Program-made: the position numbers and the translations under genes
In this document: piece after piece, positions 17,642 to 26,920 of the stretch
Numbering within the stretch: position 1 is the stretch's first letter
Layout: every line of letters starts with the position of its first letter
From: an uncultured Verrucomicrobiae bacterium
GTDB lineage: Bacteria > Verrucomicrobiota > Verrucomicrobiia > Chthoniobacterales > UBA10450
Direction: 5' to 3'
Assembly (NCBI GenBank): GCA_963702135.1
Contig: OY969715.1
Coordinates: 1,539,187-1,603,186, forward strand
Length of the DNA: 64,000 nt
The notes under the pieces: model-generated
What the model was told of the DNA's origin: nothing
Seen by the model: the letters and a program-made list of their open reading frames with translations, nothing else
Database searches by the model: none

Positions 17642-18325
17642 ATGTCGCGCGGCGTGTTTATCACATTCGAAGGCTCGGAGGGTTGCGGGAAATCAACGCA
17701 AGCGAAGCGTCTCGCGTCGCGTCTCGAACAGGCCGGCCGCGCCGTCCTCGTCACCCGCGAGCCCGGAGGGACTGCCATCGGCGAGAAGATTCGCGATCTC
17801 CTTCAGTTCGCGCCTGAGAGTTTTGCGATGGCGGCGGAGACCGAGCTGCTTCTCTTCGAGGCCAGCCGCAGCCAGCTCGTGCGCGAGGTGATTCGACCCG
17901 CGCTGGAGCGGGGGACAATCGTGATTTCCGATCGCTTTTTCGATTCGACCACGGTGTATCAAGGCGTCGCCCGCAAGCTCGAACCGGAAATCGTCGCCGC
18001 GCTTAATGATTTCGCAGCCGGCGATGACCGGCCGGACCTGACCATTGTTCTCGACGTCGATGTCGGCACGGCGCGGACGCGCCTGCTGCGCCGGGTTCGG
18101 CCCGCCGTGGCCGTCGATCGCATGGAGCAGGAGCCGCTCGAGTTTTATGAGCGAGTCAGTGAAGGCTACCGCGAGCTGGCGCGGCGCGAACCAGCGCGGG
18201 TTCGTCTGCTCGACGGTTCGCGTTCGCCGGATGAAATCGAAAGCGAAATCTGGCGTGAAGTATCGGAGCGTTTTCCTGTGGTGTCAGAGTCGCAACCAAG
18301 AGGGGACGCGGCCCGCGCCGGGTAA
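17642..18325 (+). CDS. tmk: thymidylate kinase
   Basis: MSRGVFITFEGSEGCGKSTQ P-loop, then REPGGT and DRFFDSTTVYQG. The ORF-track start at 17534 runs through the palindrome and is unlikely. Confidence 0.92.
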   Translation: MSRGVFITFEGSEGCGKSTQAKRLASRLEQAGRAVLVTREPGGTAIGEKIRDLLQFAPESFAMAAETELLLFEASRSQLVREVIRPALERGTIVISDRFFDSTTVYQGVARKLEPEIVAALNDFAAGDDRPDLTIVLDVDVGTARTRLLRRVRPAVAVDRMEQEPLEFYERVSEGYRELARREPARVRLLDGSRSPDEIESEIWREVSERFPVVSESQPRGDAARAG

Positions 18326-18329
18326 AGCG

Positions 18330-19301
18330 ATGGCCTTCACTCGCCACGGTGCTTTCGAATATCTGAGCCGCGCCCATGAGAGCGGCCGGCTGGCGCACGC
18401 CTACCTGATCTCCGGACCGCCCGGGAGCGGCAAGCGTGGGCTCGCCTCCGATCTCTCCAATCTCGTGACCGGCGCAACCGCGCCCGATGTTTTCGTCTCT
18501 CAACCTCCCGGAGTTTACCTGGCCGAGCCGGAGTCGAAATCACGGCGCATCGTGATCGATCAAGTGCGCGCGCTCGAACATGCATTGCAGATGCGGAGTG
18601 CGGAAGGACGCAGGAAAGTGGCCATCGTGGCTGACGCCGATCGCCTGCAACCGCAGGCGGCGAACGCCTTTCTCAAGACTTTGGAGGAACCGCCTAACGA
18701 CTCACTCCTTCTGCTCTTGAGTTCGATGCCGGAGGTTCTGCCGGACACCATTCTCTCCCGCTGCATCGCCCTGCCGCTGTCCGCGGAGGAAAAGGCGGAT
18801 CTTTCCGGGGAAGAAAAGGAACTGGTGGAGTTGCTCGGGGCTGTCGCCACGCCGGAGGCAAAAGGTGTGCAGCATGCCTATCGAATCGCACGCGGTTTCC
18901 ATCGTTTGCTCGCGCAAATACGCGAGACGATCCAGGAAGAAAACGCGGCGGCTTTGAAGCGGGAGGAGGTGCGCTACAAGAACACCACGGACGGAGCCTG
19001 GCTGGATGAGCGCGAAGATTATTTCAAGGCGCTGACGGAGAGCCAGTACGTGCGGCGGCGTTCGCGCCTCGTCGAAACGCTTTTTCTCTGGTGGTCGGAT
19101 GTGCTCCGGGCGAACACCGGGGTGGCGCCGCGGGAGCTGCCCTCCGCCGCCAGGCAGACGCGCGTCCTCGGAGAAAAACTCTCCACCGCGGAAATCCTCC
19201 GCCGGATTCGGCGCCTGGAGGAAATGCGCGATCACCTGGGCCGGAACATTCAGGAAGCGCTCGCCGTTGAAGTGGCCTTTCTCAGCGTCTTCACCTTTTG
19301 A
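18330..19301 (+). CDS. holB: DNA polymerase III delta-prime subunit
   Basis: HAYLISGPPGSGKRGLA and ANAFLKTLEEPP motifs. ATG lies 4 nt after the tmk stop. The upstream part of the ORF-track frame overlaps tmk. Confidence 0.88.
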   Translation: MAFTRHGAFEYLSRAHESGRLAHAYLISGPPGSGKRGLASDLSNLVTGATAPDVFVSQPPGVYLAEPESKSRRIVIDQVRALEHALQMRSAEGRRKVAIVADADRLQPQAANAFLKTLEEPPNDSLLLLLSSMPEVLPDTILSRCIALPLSAEEKADLSGEEKELVELLGAVATPEAKGVQHAYRIARGFHRLLAQIRETIQEENAAALKREEVRYKNTTDGAWLDEREDYFKALTESQYVRRRSRLVETLFLWWSDVLRANTGVAPRELPSAARQTRVLGEKLSTAEILRRIRRLEEMRDHLGRNIQEALAVEVAFLSVFTF

Positions 19302-19319
19302 TTGAGTGGGAATCAAGAC

Positions 19320-19382
19320 CAAGGAGCGGCGGTTTGAAACCGCCGACCTAACAAAACGGCGGTTTCAAACCGCCGCTCCTTG
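19320..19382. terminator. nested perfect palindrome (26-bp arms, 11-nt spacer) between convergent holB and a kinase gene; candidate bidirectional terminator or REP-like element
   Basis: CAAGGAGCGGCGGTTTGAAACCGCCG acctaacaaaa CGGCGGTTTCAAACCGCCGCTCCTTG. Each arm contains the self-complementary CGGCGGTTTnAAACCGCCG. The right arm overlaps the last codons of the minus-strand kinase. Confidence 0.6.
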
Positions 19383-20660
19383 ATGTTTGTTCTCTCTGAT
19401 GCTGGCTGGCGGCGCGTCGTACTCAGGCTCCACGGAAAGAGTAATGCAGGCTGGCAGCCGAATCCGGACAGTCGTGCCCTGGCCTGGTTCACTGTCTATT
19501 TCGAGTGTTCCTTGATGGCGTTTGATAATGCCGAACACCATGGCAAGTCCCAAGCCGGTTCCATGATCGCCCTTCGTCGTGAAAAAAGGCTCGAGGCAAC
19601 GCTGCCGAACGTCGGCGCTCATCCCGGCGCCGGTATCGGTCACTTCCATGATCACTGCCTCCTCTTGCTCCCGCGTTCGCAGGGTAATGGCGCCCGCCCC
19701 GGAAATCGCGTCCACGGCGTTGATTAACAAATTTGTCAGCACTTCACGGAGCTCGGCGCCGATTCCAGAGACGGTGGCGGAACCGTGCAGATCTGTTTCG
19801 AAGCGAATGCCGTGATCGCTGTCGCGGTCGGCACAGCGAGGCTTGGCCAGCGCCACTGACTGGTGAATGATTTCATTCAGGTCCAGCGTCTCGAACATTT
19901 CGGACACGCCGCGTGGGCGGTAAAAATCTCGCAGACGGCTGACGACGTGCGCGCCGTCGCGGCCCGCCGTGTTGATGATGCGCAGGTATTCCAGCACGGT
20001 GGCCTCATCGCCCCGGGCGGCGGGGTTGGATAATAGCATCTCGCTGTAACCGATGATCGACATCAGCGCGTTGCTGAAATCATGCACGACGCCGCCGGCC
20101 ATTTCGCCAAACGCACTGAGGCGTTCGGTTTGCACGAGCTGGTGCTGCGCCGTCCGCAAATCTTCGACCGCGCCTTCGAGTTGAGAGGTACGTTCGCGCA
20201 CTCGTTCCTCCAGGAAATGATTCTGCTCCTGGATTTCGAGCCGGAGGAACCGGGCCTGAAGCAAACTGCGGATGCGCATGCTCACCTCAGAGGGATCGAA
20301 CGGCTTCACGAGGAGCTCGGTCGCGCCCGCCACGAGGGCCCGGCGTTTATTTTCAGCCGACGAGTCGCCGGTGAGGACGAGCACCGGAATCTGGTCTTCG
20401 CTGAGACGATGGGCCCGTAATCCTTCCAGCACCTGAAAGCCGCTGATGTTCGGCATGGCCAGATCCAGGAGGATGAGATCCGGCTTGAAAGTTTCGATCA
20501 TCTCGAAGGTGTGCGTCGAATCGTTCAGGCTTTCCAGGCGTGAGTAGCCGATCCGATTGAGAAAATTCGTCATCAGGCAGGTGCTGGCGACTTCATCATC
20601 CACCATCAGGATGTGCGCTTTTTTTAATGTCGCTTCATTCATAACTGCATCCTCCCTCAC
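19365..20660 (-). CDS. response-regulator receiver / histidine kinase fusion (REC-HisKA-HATPase)
   Basis: ILMVDDEV...LILLDLAMPNISG...KP receiver. H-box [50 protein letters not shown]. An alternative start, MNEATL, lies at 20642. Confidence 0.9.
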   Translation of the reverse strand: MREDAVMNEATLKKAHILMVDDEVASTCLMTNFLNRIGYSRLESLNDSTHTFEMIETFKPDLILLDLAMPNISGFQVLEGLRAHRLSEDQIPVLVLTGDSSAENKRRALVAGATELLVKPFDPSEVSMRIRSLLQARFLRLEIQEQNHFLEERVRERTSQLEGAVEDLRTAQHQLVQTERLSAFGEMAGGVVHDFSNALMSIIGYSEMLLSNPAARGDEATVLEYLRIINTAGRDGAHVVSRLRDFYRPRGVSEMFETLDLNEIIHQSVALAKPRCADRDSDHGIRFETDLHGSATVSGIGAELREVLTNLLINAVDAISGAGAITLRTREQEEAVIMEVTDTGAGMSADVRQRCLEPFFTTKGDHGTGLGLAMVFGIIKRHQGTLEIDSEPGQGTTVRIRLPACITLSVEPEYDAPPASIRENKHQGAAV

Positions 20661-20674
20661 GGGACGAGTGGATC

Positions 20675-21064
20675 TCAGGCGACGAAAACAGGCGGAGCGA
20701 GACGATCTACCGTGGCCAGGAGAAGTGCCGGTTCCGCCGGCTTCGATAAAAAGGTCATCCCGCCGCGTTCCAGCGTCCCGGCGCCGGCTTCTTCCCGACT
20801 CACCAGGCCGGTCAGAAAAAGAATGGGAATATCCCGAAGACGTGAATCAGTCGCTGCTTCGCGGGCCAGATCACCGCCGTCTTTCCCCGGCATATCGACG
20901 TCGAGCAGCATGAGATCGGGCCGGAATTGCAAGGCCGCGGGCAGGGCGCGGACGGCCTGATTGACGATCATCACTTCGTACTTACCGGAGTTTTCCAGGA
21001 TCATGCCGGCAAGGCGCGAAAGATTTACGTCGTCATCCACAACCAAGACCCGTCTTTTGCTCAT
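20675..21064 (-). CDS. single-domain response regulator (CheY-like receiver)
   Basis: VLVVDDDV...LMLLDVDMPGKDG...FLTG...SKP. Confidence 0.9.
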   Translation of the reverse strand: MSKRRVLVVDDDVNLSRLAGMILENSGKYEVMIVNQAVRALPAALQFRPDLMLLDVDMPGKDGGDLAREAATDSRLRDIPILFLTGLVSREEAGAGTLERGGMTFLSKPAEPALLLATVDRLAPPVFVA

Positions 21065-21249
21065 ACCTACTCACAAGCAGAGCGCGTGCGGGTATCGCCT
21101 GCGGAAACTACGGAGGCAATGATCGGCTGAGGCGAAGCGTCTTCGAAGGACCGGGGTCCCCGGCCGCACATGCCGCAATCATAATAATCGGCCGGGACGA
21201 TTCGTCTGGCTTTCTTGCGGGCCGGTTTGATATCCTGGCGTAACCGGCA

Positions 21250-24200
21250 GTGAATCCAAACGCAGCGATGGTGTGTCCGCACGACACCCTCTTGGTCGTG
21301 CTCTCCATTCTCATGCCACACAGATATTTTGGTCTTTGGACACTCGGTCTCGGCTGGCTGAATGTGACCGTCGATGCGTTAATCCTCCTCGCCTACTTCT
21401 CGATTCCCATCGCTCTCGTCTATTTCGTGCGCAATCGGAGAGACATCACTCTTGCATGGATGTTCGTTTGCCTCGGGGTCTTCGTCCTGGCCAGCGGCAT
21501 CACGTTTTTGATGGAGATCTGGAATGCGCGCCACTCACATTATTGGCTCTCCAGTGCTATCAAAGCCGTCGCGGTGCTGGCGGCCGTGCCGACCGCCATC
21601 CTGCTGGCCCGGCTGATTCCGGCGCTCCGCGCCAGCGAGGAACGGTTCCGGAGTTATTTCGAACTCGGGCTGATCGGCGCGGCAATCACCTCACCGACCA
21701 AAGGGTGGGTTGAGATCAATGACGAGATCTGCCGCATCCTGGGATACGAACGAAGCGAGTTGTTGCGCATGACTTGGGCGGAATTAACTCATCCGGACGA
21801 TCTCGCTGCCGATGTCGCCTATTTTAACCGGGTCTTGGCTGGGGAGATCGAAAGTTACGTCATGGATAAGCGGTTTATCCGCAAGGATGGCCGGGTCATT
21901 GACGCCACCATTTCGGTGAGATGCCTGCGCCGGGCGGATGGTTCGGTCGATTACTTCGTAGCGCTCGTGCAAGACATCACCGAGCGAAAGCTGGCCGAAA
22001 GAGCGCTCCGAGAAAGCGAGGAACGCATGCGCGCAGTCCTGGAATCGGCGTTGGATTGCATCATTACCATGGACCATCACGGCAGGGTGGTTGAATTCAA
22101 TCCAGCCGCGGAAAAGACCTTCGGCTACAAACGCGACGCAGCCATTGGGCAGTTATTGGCCGACCTGATCATCCCACCTGCGCTCCGCGAGCGTCACCGG
22201 CGCGGTTTGGAGCGTTACCTTTCCACGGGCGAAGGTTCGATGCTCGGCCGGCGCATCGAACTGACGGGAATGCGCAGTGATCATTCGGAGTTTCCCGTGG
22301 AACTCGCCATTACCCGGGTCGGTTCGCAAGAACCTCCCATGTTTACAGGTTTCATCCGGGATATCACCGAGCGGAAGCAAGCGGAGGAGGCGCTGGCCGC
22401 GCAGGTCCTTCGCTATAAGACCCTGATGGAGACTTCGACGGATTCGATCTACGTCCTGGACGAAGAGGGTGATCTGCAAGAGGCGAATGCGGCCTTTCTT
22501 CGTCGGCGCGGTTACACCGCGGCAGAGGTAGAAGGTTTGAACGTCGCGGATTGGGACGCGCGGTATGGTCGCGAACAAATACAGGAAAGAATGCGCAAAC
22601 TGGCTGGGAGCAGCGCCGTGTTCGAAACGCGGCACCGTTGCAAGGATGGCTCCATCTTCGATGTGGAAGTTTGCGCGACGAGCGTCCGGATCGGAGGAAA
22701 ACCATTATTCTTTGTCGTGACGCGCGACATTACCGAACGCAAGCAAGCGGAGGATCGGCTGCGGCGGAGCGAGGAAAAATTCAAGGCGCTTTTCGGAATC
22801 GCACCGGTCGGTATCTCGGTCTTGGATCGACAACACAACATAGCAGACGCAAATCCCGCCCTCGAACGAATCGTGCGCCTGTCGAGAGAAGAGTTGTTAG
22901 GCGGAGCTTATCGCCGGCGCAGCTATCTCAACGCGGATGGCACGCCCAAGCCGTCTGATGAGCTTCCGAGCGAGCGTGCCGTCACCAAGGGCCAGACCCT
23001 CAACGATTATGAAGTAGGTATTGTCACAGAAAACGGTGAAGTCATCTGGACCCAAGTGAGCGTCGCTCCACTCGCCTTGCCGGAAGCGAGCGCGGTCGTG
23101 ATCACACAGGACATTACTGAACGCAAGCGGGCGGAGCAGGCTCTGCGTGAGAGCGAAGAACGTTTTCGCGAGCTCGCCGAAAACATTAACGAAGTATTTT
23201 GGACGTGGACCGCCACACCAGGAAATGCGCAGTGCCTTTATGTCAGCTCTGCCTACGCGACGATCTGGGGACGTAGTTGCGAGAGCCTCTATTCGTCGCC
23301 TCAATCGTGGAAGGAAGCGCTGCATCCGCAGGACAAAGAATGGGTCCTGCAAGAAATTGCGCGCTTGGACCTCGAAAAAATCAGCGACTGGACCTATCGC
23401 ATCGTCCGCCCCGATCAATCGATCCGGTGGATCCGGGACCGGATTTTCCCTGTGCGCGATGTGTTCGGCGCAGTCGTTCGATTTGCTGGGATTGCCGAAG
23501 ACATCACTGAGCGCAGGATCGCCGAAGAGGAACTGAAAAAAGAGAAAGAGATCCTAGCGAAGGTATTTGACAATATCCCAGTGATGATCGGTTTCGTTGG
23601 CGCCGACGGCGTCAAGCGCGTCAATCCAGAATGGGAGCGAACCATGGGATGGACGCTGAAGGAATTACAGGACCAAAGTGTGGACATATTTGTGGACGCG
23701 TATCCTGACCTGTCGTACCGCCAGGAGGTTTTGGACTTCGTCGCCGCAGCAACTGGGGAGTGGGCCGATCTCAAAATAAAGGTGAGGGATGGCCGGGTGA
23801 TTGACGCGACTTGTGCTGTCACCCACCTTTCGGACGGGACGAAAGTTGCGATCGCCCAGGACATTACTGAACGCAAGCAGGCGGAGCAGGCTCTGCGTGA
23901 AAGCGAAGAACGTTTTCGCGAGCTCGCCGAAAACATCAACGAAGTATTTTGGGTTTGGACCGCCACGCCAGGAAACGCGCGGTGCCTTTACGTCAGCCCG
24001 GCCTACGCAACGATCTGGGGACATAGTTGCGAGAGCCTCTATTCGTCGCCGCAATCATGGAGGGAAGCGCTGCATCCGCAGGATGCGGAAAGGGTCATGG
24101 AAGAAGGCGCACACATGGACTTCGAAAACATCGCTGATTGGACCTATCGCATTGTGCGTCCCGATCAATCGGTCCGGTGGATCCGCGACCGGATGTTTCC

Positions 24201-24972
24201 AGTGCGCGATGGGAGTGGCGCGGTCGTCCGCTTTGCCGGAATTGCCCACGACATTACCGAAAGCAAAGAAGCGGAACAAACAGTCCGTAAAACAAACCGG
24301 CAACTGCGAAATCTCTCGCGGCGACGGATTCAAGAACAGGAAGATGAGCGGCGACGACTGTCGAGAGAGTTGCACGACCAGATCGGACAGTCCCTCACTG
24401 CCGCAAAGATCAATGTGGAGGTAATCCGAACAACGGAAAACCCCGCCTGCCTTGGGCGAATCGAGGAAACGATCGCGATTCTCGATCAGTTGCTCGGCCA
24501 GGTGCGGCAGATTTCATTGGATCTCCGTCCGCCGATGCTGGACGACCTGGGCTTGGTTCCAGCACTTCGTTCATTTATCGACGAACAAGGACGCCGCGCC
24601 TCGATCGCGGTTCGTTTTTCCGCGGAGCAAATCCCGGTAAAACTCGACCCGGAAATTCAGATAACTTGTTTTCGCATCGCGCAGGAAGCGATCACAAACG
24701 CGGTGCGCCACGCCAAGGCTACGCAACTCGTTATCGCTCTTCGGTGCACGCCAGGGAGAGAATTGCGGCTTCTGGCCCACGACGACGGCATCGGTTTCGA
24801 CGCTCGGGCGAAGCAGGTCCAAGCGGTTGATCTTGGGCTAACCGGAATAAGGGAACGCGCCGCTCTGGTCGGTGGGCGAGCAAAGATCATTTCGTCGCCG
24901 CGCAAGGGAACGACAATTGATGTATCTCTGCCGTTGACGTTTCGAGGCGAACGCCAGACCCGTCGCATGTAA
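21250..24972 (+). CDS. membrane multi-PAS sensor histidine kinase, HisKA_3 (NarL-partner) type, with ethylene-receptor-like TM domain
   Basis: TM region LILLAYFSIPIALVYFV...LGVFVLASGITFLMEIW. About 7 PAS units. HisKA_3 box ERRRLSRELHDQIGQSLTAAKI. HATPase ITNAVRHAKA, DDGIGF, GLTGIRERAALVGG. GTG start; an alternative ATG lies at 21268. Confidence 0.9.
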   Translation: MNPNAAMVCPHDTLLVVLSILMPHRYFGLWTLGLGWLNVTVDALILLAYFSIPIALVYFVRNRRDITLAWMFVCLGVFVLASGITFLMEIWNARHSHYWLSSAIKAVAVLAAVPTAILLARLIPALRASEERFRSYFELGLIGAAITSPTKGWVEINDEICRILGYERSELLRMTWAELTHPDDLAADVAYFNRVLAGEIESYVMDKRFIRKDGRVIDATISVRCLRRADGSVDYFVALVQDITERKLAERALRESEERMRAVLESALDCIITMDHHGRVVEFNPAAEKTFGYKRDAAIGQLLADLIIPPALRERHRRGLERYLSTGEGSMLGRRIELTGMRSDHSEFPVELAITRVGSQEPPMFTGFIRDITERKQAEEALAAQVLRYKTLMETSTDSIYVLDEEGDLQEANAAFLRRRGYTAAEVEGLNVADWDARYGREQIQERMRKLAGSSAVFETRHRCKDGSIFDVEVCATSVRIGGKPLFFVVTRDITERKQAEDRLRRSEEKFKALFGIAPVGISVLDRQHNIADANPALERIVRLSREELLGGAYRRRSYLNADGTPKPSDELPSERAVTKGQTLNDYEVGIVTENGEVIWTQVSVAPLALPEASAVVITQDITERKRAEQALRESEERFRELAENINEVFWTWTATPGNAQCLYVSSAYATIWGRSCESLYSSPQSWKEALHPQDKEWVLQEIARLDLEKISDWTYRIVRPDQSIRWIRDRIFPVRDVFGAVVRFAGIAEDITERRIAEEELKKEKEILAKVFDNIPVMIGFVGADGVKRVNPEWERTMGWTLKELQDQSVDIFVDAYPDLSYRQEVLDFVAAATGEWADLKIKVRDGRVIDATCAVTHLSDGTKVAIAQDITERKQAEQALRESEERFRELAENINEVFWVWTATPGNARCLYVSPAYATIWGHSCESLYSSPQSWREALHPQDAERVMEEGAHMDFENIADWTYRIVRPDQSVRWIRDRMFPVRDGSGAVVRFAGIAHDITESKEAEQTVRKTNRQLRNLSRRRIQEQEDERRRLSRELHDQIGQSLTAAKINVEVIRTTENPACLGRIEETIAILDQLLGQVRQISLDLRPPMLDDLGLVPALRSFIDEQGRRASIAVRFSAEQIPVKLDPEIQITCFRIAQEAITNAVRHAKATQLVIALRCTPGRELRLLAHDDGIGFDARAKQVQAVDLGLTGIRERAALVGGRAKIISSPRKGTTIDVSLPLTFRGERQTRRM
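23110..23515 (+). repeat. PAS-module repeat copy 1 (RESEERFRELAENINEVFW type)
   Basis: Roughly 90% or more nucleotide identity by eye to 23860-24262. Clearly related to 28927-29325 and 29316-29715. Confidence 0.8.
23860..24262 (+). repeat. PAS-module repeat copy 2
   Basis: Same module as 23110-23515, within the same gene. Confidence 0.8.
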
Positions 24973-25279
24973 ACACGGGTGTTGCCGGCTGACGATTCTG
25001 TGCTGGTCTGCGTGCCTTGCTGGAAAATATCCCGGGAGAGGAAGTAGCGGACGAAGCGAGTCACGGTCGCGAGGCGCAGAAACTCGTTAGGTTGGAATTA
25101 CCGAACGGCACCCATTTTAGGGCGTGCCTGGATATGATGATGTGCCGGGCCTGGTTCGTTAGGCGATTTCGCAACGACATGGTCGACCATGTCGGCCTTC
25201 CGCGTTTAGTGCTGTCTTTCCGGTTGCGTAACGGGTTACCTTCGGGCGGCGGCAGCGAAAACCCCACCAGGAGCAAAGC

Positions 25280-26680
25280 TTGAACGAAAACGCAGTGATG
25301 GTTTGTGATCACGATCTTCGACTGGTCGTGCTGTCCATCCTCGTCTCGATCCTGGCCGCCTTCGCGGCGCGCGAGCTTCTGGGACGGATCAACGCGGCGC
25401 GAGGCCGACTCTGGCTCGCCTGGCTGGCTGGAACCTCGGTCGTCGATGGGATAGGCACCTGGTCGATGCACTATACGGGGAAGCTTGCCTGCCACCTGCC
25501 GGTTGCCATGCTGTTCGACTGGCGCGTAGTTTTGCTTTCCTTGCTCGTGGGAATGAGCGGAACCGCCGCGGCCCTTTTTGTCCTGGCCCGTCACAAATTC
25601 GGATGGGGCCGGGCCGTTCTCGGCAGCATCTTCCTCGGCGGCGGTGGAGTTTCCGGTCTGCATTACACCTCCATGGCCGCAGTCGTCCAACCAGCCTGGC
25701 AATATCATTTCTCGCCCGTCGTGATTGCCGCTGTTTTCCTGGCCATTGCGGTTTCGTTTGCGGCCATTGTGCAGGCGTTTCGTTTCCCCGATGGGCCGAC
25801 CGGCCGCCTGCACAAACATGCCAGTTCCGTGCTCCGAGGAATAGTCAATCCGGTGATGCATTACACGGCGATGGCGGGCGTGACGTTTAGCGCAGTGCAG
25901 GCCCCGAATTTGTCCCACTCGGTCGGGATATGGTCTCTGGGCCTTCTTGGAATTTGGATCGTCCCCATCATGATTCTCGTCGTTGGCCTGATAGGCTCAT
26001 TGGCAGATCGGCTGCAAACTCACAGAACATTTCTCCGCCGGTTTTCAAGACAGCTGGTGGAGGTGCAGGAGACGGAGCGCCGCCACCTTGCGCGGGAACT
26101 GCACGATGAAATCGGCCAGGCTCTCACCGCGGGGAAGATTAATTTGCAAGCGGCCATAAGCAGTACGGGTGCGGCTGCATCGGGCAAGCTTGAAGACACG
26201 ATTGCAATCCTCGATCGATTGCTTGGCCAGGTCCGGCAGATATCGCTCGATCTGCGCCCTTCGATGTTGGACGACCTGGGATTGGTTTCCGCGCTCCGTT
26301 CCTTGCTCAATGAACAAGGACGCCGCGCCTCGATCGCTGTCCGTTTTTCCGCTGGGAATCTGCCTGCGAACATCGAGCCGGAGATTCAGACAACCTGTTT
26401 TCGCATTGCCCAAGAAGTGATCACAAACGCGCTCCGCCATGCCCAGGCCACGCAAATTGACGTCGAACTTGAGTGTAAGAAGGGGAAATTACGGCTTCTG
26501 GTTCGCGATAACGGCGCCGGCTTCGCTGTCGAATCGGTGCGAGCGCAAACCCTTGGTCTTGGCCTGGTCGGAGTCACCGAGCGAGCTGCGCTGGTTGGCG
26601 GACGCGCGCGGATTATTTCTTCACCCGGCACGGGCACGACCATTGAGGTCGTTCTGCCTTTGACGCTTCGCTACGAATGA
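25280..26680 (+). CDS. MHYT-domain membrane sensor histidine kinase (HisKA_3 type)
   Basis: Three MHYT-type motifs (WSMHYTG, GLHYTSM, PVMHYTAM) in 6-7 TM segments. ERRHLARELHDEIGQALTAGKI. HATPase ITNALRHAQA, DNGAGF, GLVGVTERAALVGG. TTG start; an alternative ATG lies at 25298. Confidence 0.9.
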   Translation: MNENAVMVCDHDLRLVVLSILVSILAAFAARELLGRINAARGRLWLAWLAGTSVVDGIGTWSMHYTGKLACHLPVAMLFDWRVVLLSLLVGMSGTAAALFVLARHKFGWGRAVLGSIFLGGGGVSGLHYTSMAAVVQPAWQYHFSPVVIAAVFLAIAVSFAAIVQAFRFPDGPTGRLHKHASSVLRGIVNPVMHYTAMAGVTFSAVQAPNLSHSVGIWSLGLLGIWIVPIMILVVGLIGSLADRLQTHRTFLRRFSRQLVEVQETERRHLARELHDEIGQALTAGKINLQAAISSTGAAASGKLEDTIAILDRLLGQVRQISLDLRPSMLDDLGLVSALRSLLNEQGRRASIAVRFSAGNLPANIEPEIQTTCFRIAQEVITNALRHAQATQIDVELECKKGKLRLLVRDNGAGFAVESVRAQTLGLGLVGVTERAALVGGRARIISSPGTGTTIEVVLPLTLRYE

Positions 26681-26920
26681 GCGAACCGCTCTCTCTCGCA
26701 GTGAATCCAATACATTGTTCGTTTTAGTGCTTGTCATTTGCAGTCCGGACAAGGTTATATCGGAGCGGTAGCGGTGATCCCCCCGGTGACGAGGGATGAG
26801 CCGAAACATCGTAATAGTCGACGAGGCGCCAGCGCGAGAATGGCGCGACTGGCTGGCAAGAGGCTCTCTCGTGGGGGGAGTAACACCTGGGCGATGGCCG
26901 ACCTGCTTGGGCGAGATCGG

